Below are positions 25,958 through 35,600 of a DNA stretch of 37,906 nt, piece after piece (the stretch's first letter is position 1; each line of letters starts with the position of its first letter). Source of the DNA: a virus (taxonomy: Duplodnaviria; Caudoviricetes); the IMG/VR virus record IMGVR_UViG_3300025669_000103, positions 1 through 37,906 of that record. One strand, 5' to 3'. Position numbers and translations under genes: made by a program. The notes beneath the pieces were generated by a model. The model made no database searches, had not been told where the DNA came from, and worked only from the letters and a program-made list of their open reading frames with translations.

Positions 25958-26903
25958 AAAAGCACCACCCGTACCAGGTGACACACCCAAAGCTGGTCCT
26001 AAATCACCGTCAGGTGCTGGACCAAAGCCGCCGACAGTACCTAAAGGTGTGAGAGCTAAGGCCGCTGGTAATGAGAAGAAGAAAAAAGTTATCAAGACAT
26101 TCCAAGTAGCCGTGTGGAGTGGCGAAGGTGAAGGCGAGAAGTGTTTGGGATACGCTGACTCTGGCCTGGGTAAGACCACACTGGGGGCACTCGCACCCAC
26201 ACCAGTATTTCTAGGACTTGATGATGGTGGTCGAAAGATTAAAGATCCCCGTACTGATGAAGATCTCAAGTATATCCCAGGTGTTGAAACGTTCGATGAC
26301 TTCAGCCAAGCAGTACAACAGGTGAGCTTATTCGATGACTATGAAACAGTAGTAGTTGACACCGGTACTATACTCGAAGCACTTGCACATGATTGGATGC
26401 TAGAGAATGTCACCAATGATAAGAATGAATTTGTTGCTAACATCGAGAAGTATGGTTGGGGCAAGGGACATCGACACCTGTATGATACCATGCGTGCACC
26501 ATTAGCCGACTTTGACGCGTTAATTAGACGCGGTAAGAACATCTTGGTCCTGTGCCAGATGCAACAGGCTGAGATAACTAACGCCGCTGGTGAGAACTAC
26601 CTTTGTGATGTGCCTAAGCTGGCACAGCAACATGGCAAGACTCCCTCTGTGTGGGGTATGTGGGTAGAATGGTGCGATCATGTGTTTAAGATTGGCTACT
26701 CAGATCTGAAAGCAGCTAACAAGAAAGCAACAGCGTCCAATGAGCGTATCATCTTCCTGGATGGTACAGTCAATTATAAAGCTAAGTCGCGTACTGTACC
26801 TAGTGAGTATTCGCTGGTTACATTTAGTGACAAGACGGATGACTCATTGTGGAGATTTATCTTTGACGAGGCATGGCGTGACCTCGCGGAGGTAGAAAAG
26901 TAA
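25950..26903 (+). CDS. AAA-24/Sak4-like ATPase (recombination)
   Basis: YADSGLGKTT Walker A, VVVDT Walker B, WCDHV and AKSR motifs; Pro-rich N-terminus. Confidence 0.85.
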   Translation: MTKKAPPVPGDTPKAGPKSPSGAGPKPPTVPKGVRAKAAGNEKKKKVIKTFQVAVWSGEGEGEKCLGYADSGLGKTTLGALAPTPVFLGLDDGGRKIKDPRTDEDLKYIPGVETFDDFSQAVQQVSLFDDYETVVVDTGTILEALAHDWMLENVTNDKNEFVANIEKYGWGKGHRHLYDTMRAPLADFDALIRRGKNILVLCQMQQAEITNAAGENYLCDVPKLAQQHGKTPSVWGMWVEWCDHVFKIGYSDLKAANKKATASNERIIFLDGTVNYKAKSRTVPSEYSLVTFSDKTDDSLWRFIFDEAWRDLAEVEK

Positions 26904-27277
26904 TGGGAGGACCACTACAACCAAGATACGGGCAAGGAAGAAACGAACGCTGTGGCTGTGGATCAGGGTTGAAGTTCAAGTACTGTCATGGTGACGCTGG
27001 TAAGGCGGCAGTGTGCGAGCACTATCTCAATGAGATTATGCTACGCCTGATCATGAAAGAGAAATACAAACAAGGTATGATTACTAAAGCACAGTATGAT
27101 ATGTGGATAGCCAAGGCTAAGGGTGACGGTGAGAGCCGCTCCACGACTGAAGCGGAAGTCGGTGAGATCCTGGACAAGGCTGGATTGAAAAGATGTGCCG
27201 GTGCATTGTGTAGTGCACCAGTACCAGACAATGTAGAGTTCTGCGTGAAGTGCAAGAAAAAAATTACAGAGAGGTAA
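26903..27277 (+). CDS. SEC-C motif protein
   Basis: GRNERCGCGSGLKFKYCHG plus a C-terminal C....C...CVKC finger. Confidence 0.85.
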   Translation: MGGPLQPRYGQGRNERCGCGSGLKFKYCHGDAGKAAVCEHYLNEIMLRLIMKEKYKQGMITKAQYDMWIAKAKGDGESRSTTEAEVGEILDKAGLKRCAGALCSAPVPDNVEFCVKCKKKITER

Positions 27278-27280
27278 ATT

Positions 27281-28330
27281 ATGGGAATTAAAATTGATCG
27301 AGTAGGAACATTCAGATGTGAAATCCTGGAGAGCGGAGTTGGAAAGACAAAGACGAAAGGAATGCCCCAGTTCCTGGCAAGAGTACATTGTACTGAATTG
27401 TATGATGAGAATGAAAAACAATGGTTCAATGTAGCAGACTGGGACATGGAGACAAATATATTTGAATGTCTTTATGGTGTTAAGAAGGGTGACACCACTG
27501 CTTCACCTACACTGGGTTACGAACAGATCATGAAGGTGTTTGGTTGGGACGGGGCGTCACTCGCTGCACTAGCCGTAGCCGATTACATAGGTAAACAGTT
27601 CCAGATCCGTATCACTGAGAACACCTACGAGGGTGCACGCTCTCCGTTCCAGGTGAGTTGGATCGATGAATTTGATGCTGATCCGGTCTACACACTGCGT
27701 AAACTGGACGCTAAAGACGTAGCTAGTCTGGATGCACAGTTCTCCAATACTGCACCGAGTACTAAGACAGCATCCTCAGCTAAGAAGGCTGGACCGAAGG
27801 TACCTGGCAGAGCATCAGCACATCCGGCACGTGTACCGGCTGATAATGGTCCAAAGGCACCGACACCACCGACACCTGCAACAGAGACAGCAGAAGAGGT
27901 ACCTGATAAACCTCCGACAGCGGCTGAGAAGAGAGCCATAACAAAAGCCAGATCAGAGAAGATCAAGAAGCAGGCTAAAGACGCAGCAGCGGCAAAGAAA
28001 CAAGCAGCAACAGCAAAGGCAGCGGCACCTAAAGCCCCGACACCGCCAACATCAGCATCTCCTCCAGTACCAGAAGAGGAAACGCAGGATGTAGAAACAG
28101 CAGAGGGTGAGTTACCTTTGCCGGAACCTGAAGGATCACTAACCAAGAAAGAAGCTTGGAATAAGATCTTTGAGATGCGAGATGAGACCATCGATGATGA
28201 AACTGTCAAAGCATTATGGGATGCTGCCATTGAGGAAGCGGCTGGCGAAGGTGCCAAGCACGCTGATGTCACTGGCGAGCAGTGGTCACAGGTAGTACAG
28301 ATTGTGTTAGCGGATTGCGGTAAGTTCTAG
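27281..28330 (+). CDS. SSB-like (DUF669-type OB fold) protein with long Pro/Ala/Lys linker
   Basis: GTFRCEI...KTKG.P...GKQFQIRI...Y pattern; sits in an exonuclease-ATPase-SSB cassette. Confidence 0.6.
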   Translation: MGIKIDRVGTFRCEILESGVGKTKTKGMPQFLARVHCTELYDENEKQWFNVADWDMETNIFECLYGVKKGDTTASPTLGYEQIMKVFGWDGASLAALAVADYIGKQFQIRITENTYEGARSPFQVSWIDEFDADPVYTLRKLDAKDVASLDAQFSNTAPSTKTASSAKKAGPKVPGRASAHPARVPADNGPKAPTPPTPATETAEEVPDKPPTAAEKRAITKARSEKIKKQAKDAAAAKKQAATAKAAAPKAPTPPTSASPPVPEEETQDVETAEGELPLPEPEGSLTKKEAWNKIFEMRDETIDDETVKALWDAAIEEAAGEGAKHADVTGEQWSQVVQIVLADCGKF

Positions 28331-28437
28331 ACTTGCGTAGGGGTAGAACCCCTTTATAAGGGTGGTCGGCTGCTTCCGTACAGGCTATATTCCTGGTCAG
28401 AGAAACCAGCGGCCACCTAATTTTTATGGAGGATAAC

Positions 28438-30732
28438 ATGACCACATTCGCTGAACAATTTGAAGTCTTGAAAAATAATGTCAACACGGCTATGGTTGCA
28501 GATCTAGCAGAGAGACTTGGCGTTACAGTAGAGGCTATCAATAAGCTTGGTGCAGGTTTTCATTTTGGTGAACAAGCCTGGTGCTTTGCTGAGCGTGATG
28601 CTAAGGGTGACATCGTAGGTCTATCCTATAGGCGTTTGGAGAACGGATTCAAGTACATGGCTAAGGGCTCTAAGCGTGGACTGATCTACGCTTACAATCA
28701 GGATCATAGTATCGGAGATAAGAGATATGAAGCAGGAAAATGTCACTGGATCAGAATCGCAGACGCGGGTATTGACTGCCCTGTTTGTGGAAAACCTGAT
28801 TGGTGTAGGATTAGTTCTGATTATAGAGACCATGAAGGTCCATCAGCGGCAGCTTGCAGTAGAATTAGTGAGGGGTCAGTGCGGGAAATACCACCTGATA
28901 GTCACCTCCATATACTTGATCCCGACAGGCAGAAAACCATTGCTAACTCAGTTCTTACTGTTATAGAATTACCCATCATTGTTGTTGAGGGTGCATCTGA
29001 CACGCTTGCCGCCATGTCACTCGGTTTCGTATGTATTGGTCGGCCTTCTGCTAAGGGGGGTATATCGATTCTTAAAGAGATGCCTCTTGCGGGTCGTGAA
29101 GTTTGGATCGTAGGTGACAATGATGCTGGTGCTGGAAGAGAAGGTGTCAAGAAAACATATGGAAACATTAAGGGTATGACAGATAACATCCAGTGTCTGT
29201 TCCCGCCTGAAGGTATCAAGGATCTAAGGCAATGGGTAGAACGTGGGCTGACACAAGCTTTATTATTCGAGCACGCCGGTAGCAAGGCTGATACCACCAT
29301 AGCTGTAGACCCTAATGTGTTCCTGGATGATATAGCGGCCAACATAGCCGATAGATTTATAGACGCCTGGTATACTGCTGAAAATGGCACTTTGTTACTC
29401 AGGTCTTACATGGAACAATGGGTGGAATGGAACGGCTTTTATTGGAAAGACCTCCACGACAAGGTATTGACTGGTAAGATCTATACTTTCCTCAAGGGTA
29501 AAAAATTCCTTAAAGCCACCAAGACCGTCATAGACCAAGTACCATACAAATACACCAAGGCTAAGGTCAATGACATGTTACATTCTATGACCGCTAGATG
29601 TCCTATAGCTGTGGGTTCTATGATGTGGATAGATGGTGGCAAGGACCGGCCTAAACCTAAAGATTTGATTCGTTTCAAAAACGGTATGCTAGATGTCAAT
29701 GAATATATCAAGGGTAACATAGTGTTGCACAACTTAGACCCTAACTTGTTTGCTCGTAATATCATACCATATAACTTTGATGAATACGTATGGTCTAATT
29801 GGTTTGATGATAAACTCAATGAATGGTTCGATGGAGACACTGAATGTATCAGGCTGCTAGCAGAATGGTATGGGTACAATGTAATACCCGACATGCGTAA
29901 AGAAAAACTGATGCTCTTTGTAGGTGCTCCTAGATCTGGTAAAGGTACCTGTTGTGATGTACTACAAGGCATCGTGGGTGAAAATCAATGTACCGCAACC
30001 AGTTTCCAGGCATTGGCCGGAACACATGGTACCAGCGGTCTGTCTGGTAAGTTAGCTGCAATACTCGGTGACGCTAAGACACCTAAGAAGGGTGAGGCTG
30101 ATGCCGCATTAAGGGTAATACTTGAAATAGTAGGCGGTGACAAGATCAAGGTTAATCCTAAATATATCCAGGCATATGATGAAAAGCCTATCTGTAGGTT
30201 CACAGTAGCCGTGAACACCCTACCAAGTTTTTCTGATGCAGCCCAGGCTTTTGTAGCTAGGTCTAATATCCTTATGTTCAAGCATTCTTACGTAGGCAAA
30301 GAGGATTCCAACATCAAGGAGGGTTTAGCGAGAGAAGCCAAGCAAGGTAAGATGATCAACTTTGCACTATGGGGATTGAAGAATCTTAGAGAGAACGGTA
30401 GGTTCATAGTACCGGCTGCATCTGGTGGCCAAATGGAACAGCTTAAGCGGATAACGTCACCGACTATAGTATTCGTAGAAGAGTGTTGTAGGTTAGATCC
30501 AGGGGCGTTCATATTGAGGACTCAGATATATGAGGCTTACGAATATTGGTGTTCGCGTACAGGACATAAGAAGTGTAACTCAACTCACTTCGGACGTAGG
30601 CTAAGACAGGTATCACCTGGTGTCATAGACTTCAGACCTGAGATAGACGGACATCAGCAACGAGCATACAAAGGTGTTACACTGCAAGAGTGGGTGTATA
30701 AAGAGTACATGGGAAATCCTAGTAGGAGGTAA
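28438..30732 (+). CDS. Primase-helicase (TOPRIM plus D5/P4-type SF3 helicase)
   Basis: IVVEGASD, GDND and KDLR (TOPRIM); IRFKNGMLD (D5-N); GAPRSGKGT Walker A; AVNTLP motif C; winged-helix C-terminus. Confidence 0.92.
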   Translation: MTTFAEQFEVLKNNVNTAMVADLAERLGVTVEAINKLGAGFHFGEQAWCFAERDAKGDIVGLSYRRLENGFKYMAKGSKRGLIYAYNQDHSIGDKRYEAGKCHWIRIADAGIDCPVCGKPDWCRISSDYRDHEGPSAAACSRISEGSVREIPPDSHLHILDPDRQKTIANSVLTVIELPIIVVEGASDTLAAMSLGFVCIGRPSAKGGISILKEMPLAGREVWIVGDNDAGAGREGVKKTYGNIKGMTDNIQCLFPPEGIKDLRQWVERGLTQALLFEHAGSKADTTIAVDPNVFLDDIAANIADRFIDAWYTAENGTLLLRSYMEQWVEWNGFYWKDLHDKVLTGKIYTFLKGKKFLKATKTVIDQVPYKYTKAKVNDMLHSMTARCPIAVGSMMWIDGGKDRPKPKDLIRFKNGMLDVNEYIKGNIVLHNLDPNLFARNIIPYNFDEYVWSNWFDDKLNEWFDGDTECIRLLAEWYGYNVIPDMRKEKLMLFVGAPRSGKGTCCDVLQGIVGENQCTATSFQALAGTHGTSGLSGKLAAILGDAKTPKKGEADAALRVILEIVGGDKIKVNPKYIQAYDEKPICRFTVAVNTLPSFSDAAQAFVARSNILMFKHSYVGKEDSNIKEGLAREAKQGKMINFALWGLKNLRENGRFIVPAASGGQMEQLKRITSPTIVFVEECCRLDPGAFILRTQIYEAYEYWCSRTGHKKCNSTHFGRRLRQVSPGVIDFRPEIDGHQQRAYKGVTLQEWVYKEYMGNPSRR

Positions 30733-30733
30733 C

Positions 30734-30898
30734 ATGACACAAGAACCAGGACAAGAGATCATACATGACAGTCAGAGAGTAGAAACAATCCCTGAGCGTA
30801 TCGATAAATTACTTGATGAGGCACTCAGCGGAACGTCACCTCGTAGTAAGAGGACAATTTTAACCGAGGCAAAAGAATTAATTGGAGATCTGAAATGA
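30734..30898 (+). CDS. Small hypothetical protein
   Basis: MTQEPG start in GGAGGTAACATG. Confidence 0.6.
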   Translation: MTQEPGQEIIHDSQRVETIPERIDKLLDEALSGTSPRSKRTILTEAKELIGDLK

Positions 30899-31395
30899 AA
30901 AAAGAAATCAAGAAATCCATCGTTGACTTAAGGGGTATCATACTCCTAGTAGTGTGTCTGATAGCATTCGCCGCTGTCAGTTGCCAGTCCTTGATGGACA
31001 GAGTAACACCGTGTGAGGTATCAGAGCAGACCTACGAATATATCAACGGTACTACTGACGGATACAGTGGAGTTACATCCCTATATGAAGTCAAGAATCT
31101 GCGTAACAAGATGATCGTGAAGCATCGGCGGTCACTTGTAGGGCTATCACGTGACATCGAGGACGAGGGCTATGAGTATGCTGATGCTAAGGGTTCTATT
31201 CAGGCTGATATAAAAGAAGCCAAAGCATTCCAAGCTCTAGTCATCGGTAGTGAAGATCAGGAGTTCTCTTTGCTTGGGATCTTGGCAGGCTTAACAGGTG
31301 GTGCCGCTATTGGTCGTATGCTGAAACGTAAAGGGGATTATTCACCGGCTGAGGTCGAAGAGGTTGTGGCCAGGGCTAAGAAGAGGGCTGTATGA
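30895..31395 (+). CDS. Membrane/lipoprotein with N- and C-terminal hydrophobic segments
   Basis: IILLVVCLIAFAAVS-C lipobox-like sequence; C-terminal LLGILAGLTGGAAIG. Confidence 0.6.
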   Translation: MKKEIKKSIVDLRGIILLVVCLIAFAAVSCQSLMDRVTPCEVSEQTYEYINGTTDGYSGVTSLYEVKNLRNKMIVKHRRSLVGLSRDIEDEGYEYADAKGSIQADIKEAKAFQALVIGSEDQEFSLLGILAGLTGGAAIGRMLKRKGDYSPAEVEEVVARAKKRAV

Positions 31396-31571
31396 TGAAG
31401 AACAAAAAGGAAAATAGAGACTACAATTTGTATCTAAAATGTAATAATTGTGGAGAAAAGGTGGATGCACCCATTTTCGTACCAGTAGGTATACCCTGGG
31501 ACAAGTATCTCAAGGACACTAAATACAAATGTGAAAATTGTGGCTGTACCGGACAGATGATGAGGTGTTAA
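31392..31571 (+). CDS. Small zinc-ribbon protein (59 aa, not in track)
   Basis: CNNCG...CENCG; ATGA overlap. Confidence 0.6.
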   Translation: MMKNKKENRDYNLYLKCNNCGEKVDAPIFVPVGIPWDKYLKDTKYKCENCGCTGQMMRC

Positions 31572-31572
31572 T

Positions 31573-31917
31573 TTGGTTCATTTTCAAACTAAAAACCACT
31601 TACTAATGTGGCTTGAGAAGAACTGTCCACGCAAGGGTATCGTTCGTGCACTAAGGGATGGGACTGTAGAACATCTGGGAGGGTTCGCAAGAATCCCTCC
31701 CACCTCCTATCCTGGGTGGATTGTTAAGGTGACATCTACGTTTGGTAAAGAGTTCATCGTGGCAGTGATAGCCTATCAGAATCGTTATGGCATCAGGGTG
31801 TTGAGCGAGGTACCTTGGATGTTCTACGGTGGTATCAGCCAGGTACCTAATCTTATAAACGGCGATGATCCGCATAAATGTTATTGGCTAAGAGAGGATA
31901 CCAAGTATGATACCTAA
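31573..31917 (+). CDS. Hypothetical protein
   Basis: 114 aa, TTG start after GAGGTG. Confidence 0.65.
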   Translation: MVHFQTKNHLLMWLEKNCPRKGIVRALRDGTVEHLGGFARIPPTSYPGWIVKVTSTFGKEFIVAVIAYQNRYGIRVLSEVPWMFYGGISQVPNLINGDDPHKCYWLREDTKYDT

Positions 31918-32257
31918 ACAATTCTACTACATGCGTTCCGCACACGATAGTGAGAACAGAGTGACTATCAGATCTAATGTCAAGCAGGCTCTACCTATAG
32001 TGTGGTGTCGTGGTGGTGAGTATATGTTGATACCCAAAGAGATAGTACAGAATGCTATCGATAGTGTCGTTATATACAACAAGATGGCGAATAAACAGAA
32101 GGTATGGCCTGTGGTCTGCATATACTGGGACCAGGGTATACCAATAACAAATCAAGCAGGAAGAATTTTAACTGGAAAGGAAGAGGATGGATCAGGAACA
32201 ACTGATAATGTTAAACAAACTGGCAGACCTGATATTGTTGAAGAAGGTACTAACTAA
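31907..32257 (+). CDS. Hypothetical protein
   Basis: 116 aa with a GAGG RBS. Confidence 0.6.
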   Translation: MIPKQFYYMRSAHDSENRVTIRSNVKQALPIVWCRGGEYMLIPKEIVQNAIDSVVIYNKMANKQKVWPVVCIYWDQGIPITNQAGRILTGKEEDGSGTTDNVKQTGRPDIVEEGTN

Positions 32258-32444
32258 GCATGACTACAGATATTATATCTTGAACGATCCGATCATAGTA
32301 GATCAGGAATATGATAAGATGTATAAGAAGTATGAGAGCTTACTACATGAGCTTATAGGTCAGGATACACGTTCTCTCGAACTCGAACATTGTTATCCGC
32401 AATGGGTACGTGATGGGTTCAAGGACGCTAAACCACTAGCTTAA
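32187..32444 (+). CDS. Stand-alone NAD+-dependent DNA ligase subdomain Ia-like protein
   Basis: HDYRYYILNDPIIVDQEYD matches the LigA Ia motif H...YY..D.P.I.D.EYD; no adenylation (KxDG) domain follows. Confidence 0.8.
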   Translation: MDQEQLIMLNKLADLILLKKVLTKHDYRYYILNDPIIVDQEYDKMYKKYESLLHELIGQDTRSLELEHCYPQWVRDGFKDAKPLA

Positions 32445-32607
32445 TTAACAAACCAAGCAATGCCAGGCCCACAGGTATCCCTATAGCCCAGTGATACTTG
32501 CTGTGCCTGGATATTCGCTTGGACACAGCGGGTAACAATTCCTTCAGTATCAAACACACACGCTCATCAACTCTAATCAGTAGTTCATCTCTTTCATCAT
32601 CGTTCAT
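32428..32607 (-). CDS. Holin-like small membrane protein (59 aa, not in track)
   Basis: MNDDERDELLIRVDERV...WAIGIPVGLALLGLLIKLVV: coiled N-terminus and one C-terminal TM; ATGA-coupled to the giant gene; last gene of the minus arm. Confidence 0.5.
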   Translation of the reverse strand: MNDDERDELLIRVDERVCLILKELLPAVSKRISRHSKYHWAIGIPVGLALLGLLIKLVV

Positions 32608-35600
32608 CTCGGTCCTCCTGCTGGTCCACCACTCGATCTTGGTCCTGTCGATGGACCACGCCTGCTAGTACCACCACTCTTTTTATCCTCTTGTTCTAAC
32701 GCCCACTTGGTATAGACGAGCCGCCTGGGATCTTGAGTCTTACCGGCCATTATATCCATCACACCGGATGCAGTGCGTATACCCTGTGCCGGTATCCTAC
32801 CTGTTGCCGCACCTACAGCCGCCGCCGCGTGCATTATAGTACCCTTAACGTTACCCTCTTTCATAGCTTGGAAAGCTCGGATCGCTTCTTCAGGAGCTAT
32901 CTCACCCACTGTACCTGAGCTACCCCAACCTTTAATCATACGCGTGATCCAGCGTCCGGCTATCATTACCGAAGCTATAGGATACGTGGTTAGATCCACC
33001 AATAGTTTGCCCAGGCTAATGTCACCCTCATCGTCAGTGGGTAAACCGCCACGCCCTATCATACCGAACATTATAGCTGGCATGATCCAGGACCACATTA
33101 CACGCCACGCTACCTCGGTGTTGCTTATCTGACCAGCGGCCCTAGCACCTATAATGTCGTGACGATAGAAGTTATAGTTGTTATTAACCTGGTTCTGGAA
33201 CGTAGTTAACAGCTTAGCTATCTGTCCACCTCTAAAGAGATGCGGTAGATCCTTGGTGTTGGCCATAGGCTGAGTACGTGCCACGTTCTTGTCAGCATAC
33301 TCAGAAGCTTGCACATCATCCATACCTTTTTCTAAGGCCACATCGTACATTGACTTCCAGGCCACTGTTACGGTACGATCATCCATCCATCTAATCCATG
33401 CGACAGCTTTCTCGTCCCAGGGTTTCTTACCCTGGATACGTTTACCCAATCGTGACGCGTCCCATCTCCGTCTGAGGTCTCGATCATACTTACGTGTCTT
33501 TACTAGCGGAGAGCGTGCATCCACAAATTCTTTCATGGCCTTGTACTTCTTGGTAGATCCAGCCGCAGCCCAGTTACCAGGCATGTACTTACGCATTAAT
33601 GGATCTACTGCCATAGCATTGTAACCGGACAACGTTTGTCTGAACGCTGACGGCACGTTATAGCCTATAGCGTAGATGATACCATTCCTACGCATGATGG
33701 CCACTATCTTTTCAAAGTCAGTCTGAGGTCCATCAGTCTGTCCTTTGATAGTATCGCGTAACCACTTGTTGAGGATCTTGCTGCCTCTGTCATTAGTGGC
33801 AACGTTAAGTGCTTGCTTGACACCATCGTGATTGAGGATCTTACCGATATCTTTAGCTATGGGTGCCATAGCCTTAAACGTTTCGATCCTTTGGATGTTA
33901 CGCATATAAATTACACCGGCATCCAATTCTATTTTACCAAGAGCACGTGCTTTACGCTTCTCAAGGAATCCTTTATCAGGTTTAGATGACTGCCTATTGA
34001 ACTGGTCGGTGAGCAGATCTACAAAGTTAACATCCTCATCACCGCCTATACGTAGGATGGGAGAGTAGTTTAATTCTTGTTCTAACAGTTCGGGATCTAC
34101 ATCAACGTCTATAGCCGCAGCCCTGAGCACCGGCCACTGTTCCTTGTACTGTGTATCCAGCCAAGCGGCTACATCAAGTTCCTGATCTGTGAGTGACTCG
34201 CTTATCAGACTTATATCCTCTTCCGAGAATGTCATGCCCTTAGTGAGATATCTGTGTCCATGCTCATTTCTAGATAGCAGGTATACACCCACCTTCTCGA
34301 ACGGTGTTAGCTCATGCGTACCTATTGTTTCTTTAGCACCGGTCCAGGTAGATCCATCGATACCACTATCTTCTATCAGGTTAAAGAACTCGTTCTGTCC
34401 CTGTGATGTCATCATACTGCGTAGTTCATCAGCGTTCTTGACACGCTTCCATATAGTGTCATGGAGTGGACCATTTTGGTATCCATCCAAGCGTTCAAGC
34501 CATCGTTCTATCCTGTTAAGCTCAGCGAAGAAACCACCTATCTTAGACTCTATTATATAGTCTAAAGCTCTCTTAGCCACTGACGGTTCATCTGTACGCC
34601 TGACATATCTTATGCCCTCAGCTATGAGATATTTTTTATCAATTAACTCCTTGGCCATAGCATCTTTGCCCGTGAGTTTAAGCTGTCCGGCCTCTTCACC
34701 TATCTTCCAAGCTTCCTCCGGTGATACGAACTCACCTTTATCAGTCAAGAATCCTGAACTTTTACCAGCATCAAGATCAGCCATAGTTATTGTTCTGCCC
34801 TTTGCTTCCTCAGCCCTCATAATATTAGCGTGTGTGGTTCCAGTTAATATCTCACCTGACTTTAATTTCAGGGCGGCACTAGCTATACCCCTTCTAGCTA
34901 TGGAGGCTCGCAGGCGTTCTATTATCTTGGGTATGATCGGTTGTTTGGGTATATAACTTCTACCAGTAGCAGCCAACTCAGCTTCAATATACTTTACCCA
35001 CTTGATCCTCTCATCTTTGGTCATTTCTGTCATAGTACGCTTGCCAGTGATATACTCTTGCAGGTCTCTACGTTGTTCGTCACCCCAACCTAATTGCTCA
35101 GGTATCTGATGTCCCTTACGCAACAATTCTTTCATCTTAGGTTTCTTAGGTTCCTTGAATACTTTACGTACTAGCCCACCTTTGGGATTAGTGTAATCTT
35201 TTGCCAATGCTTCAATGTCACCACGCTTACGGCTTAAGAAAGCAAGCTCTCTATTATCCTGTCTACTACGTTTACTAACATCTTTGTTCTTAAGCAGTCT
35301 ATATCTATCCTCAGCCCTGGCCAAAACATCCTGGACCATTACAGGAGTAAGACCAACTTCTTCTCCCTTAATATTATCCCAATTAGCAGGTAACATATCT
35401 CTGAATAGAGGTGTGTCAAGTAAGTTACGACCAAGTTCATAGAACTCATTAGCGGCAGCGATATGTATCTCAGGATCTTTATGGAATGACTTCTGGATCT
35501 TGTTCTCATTGAGATCATCTAGCGTAGCAGATTCGCCCATAGACTTAGCTAGTTCAGATCCTTTATACATGGCCAGGTTGTAGATATTGATGTGAGATAT

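Noticed and set aside
27688-28272. 194-aa minus-strand ORF and similar antisense ORFs over terL, portal, primase and the giant gene
   Set aside because: These are shadows of well-supported genes on the opposite strand, with no motifs of their own.
21583-30732. Introns or inteins in replication genes
   Set aside because: The polymerase and primase-helicase are continuous and of normal size, with no obvious intein splice motifs; the HNH genes are free-standing.
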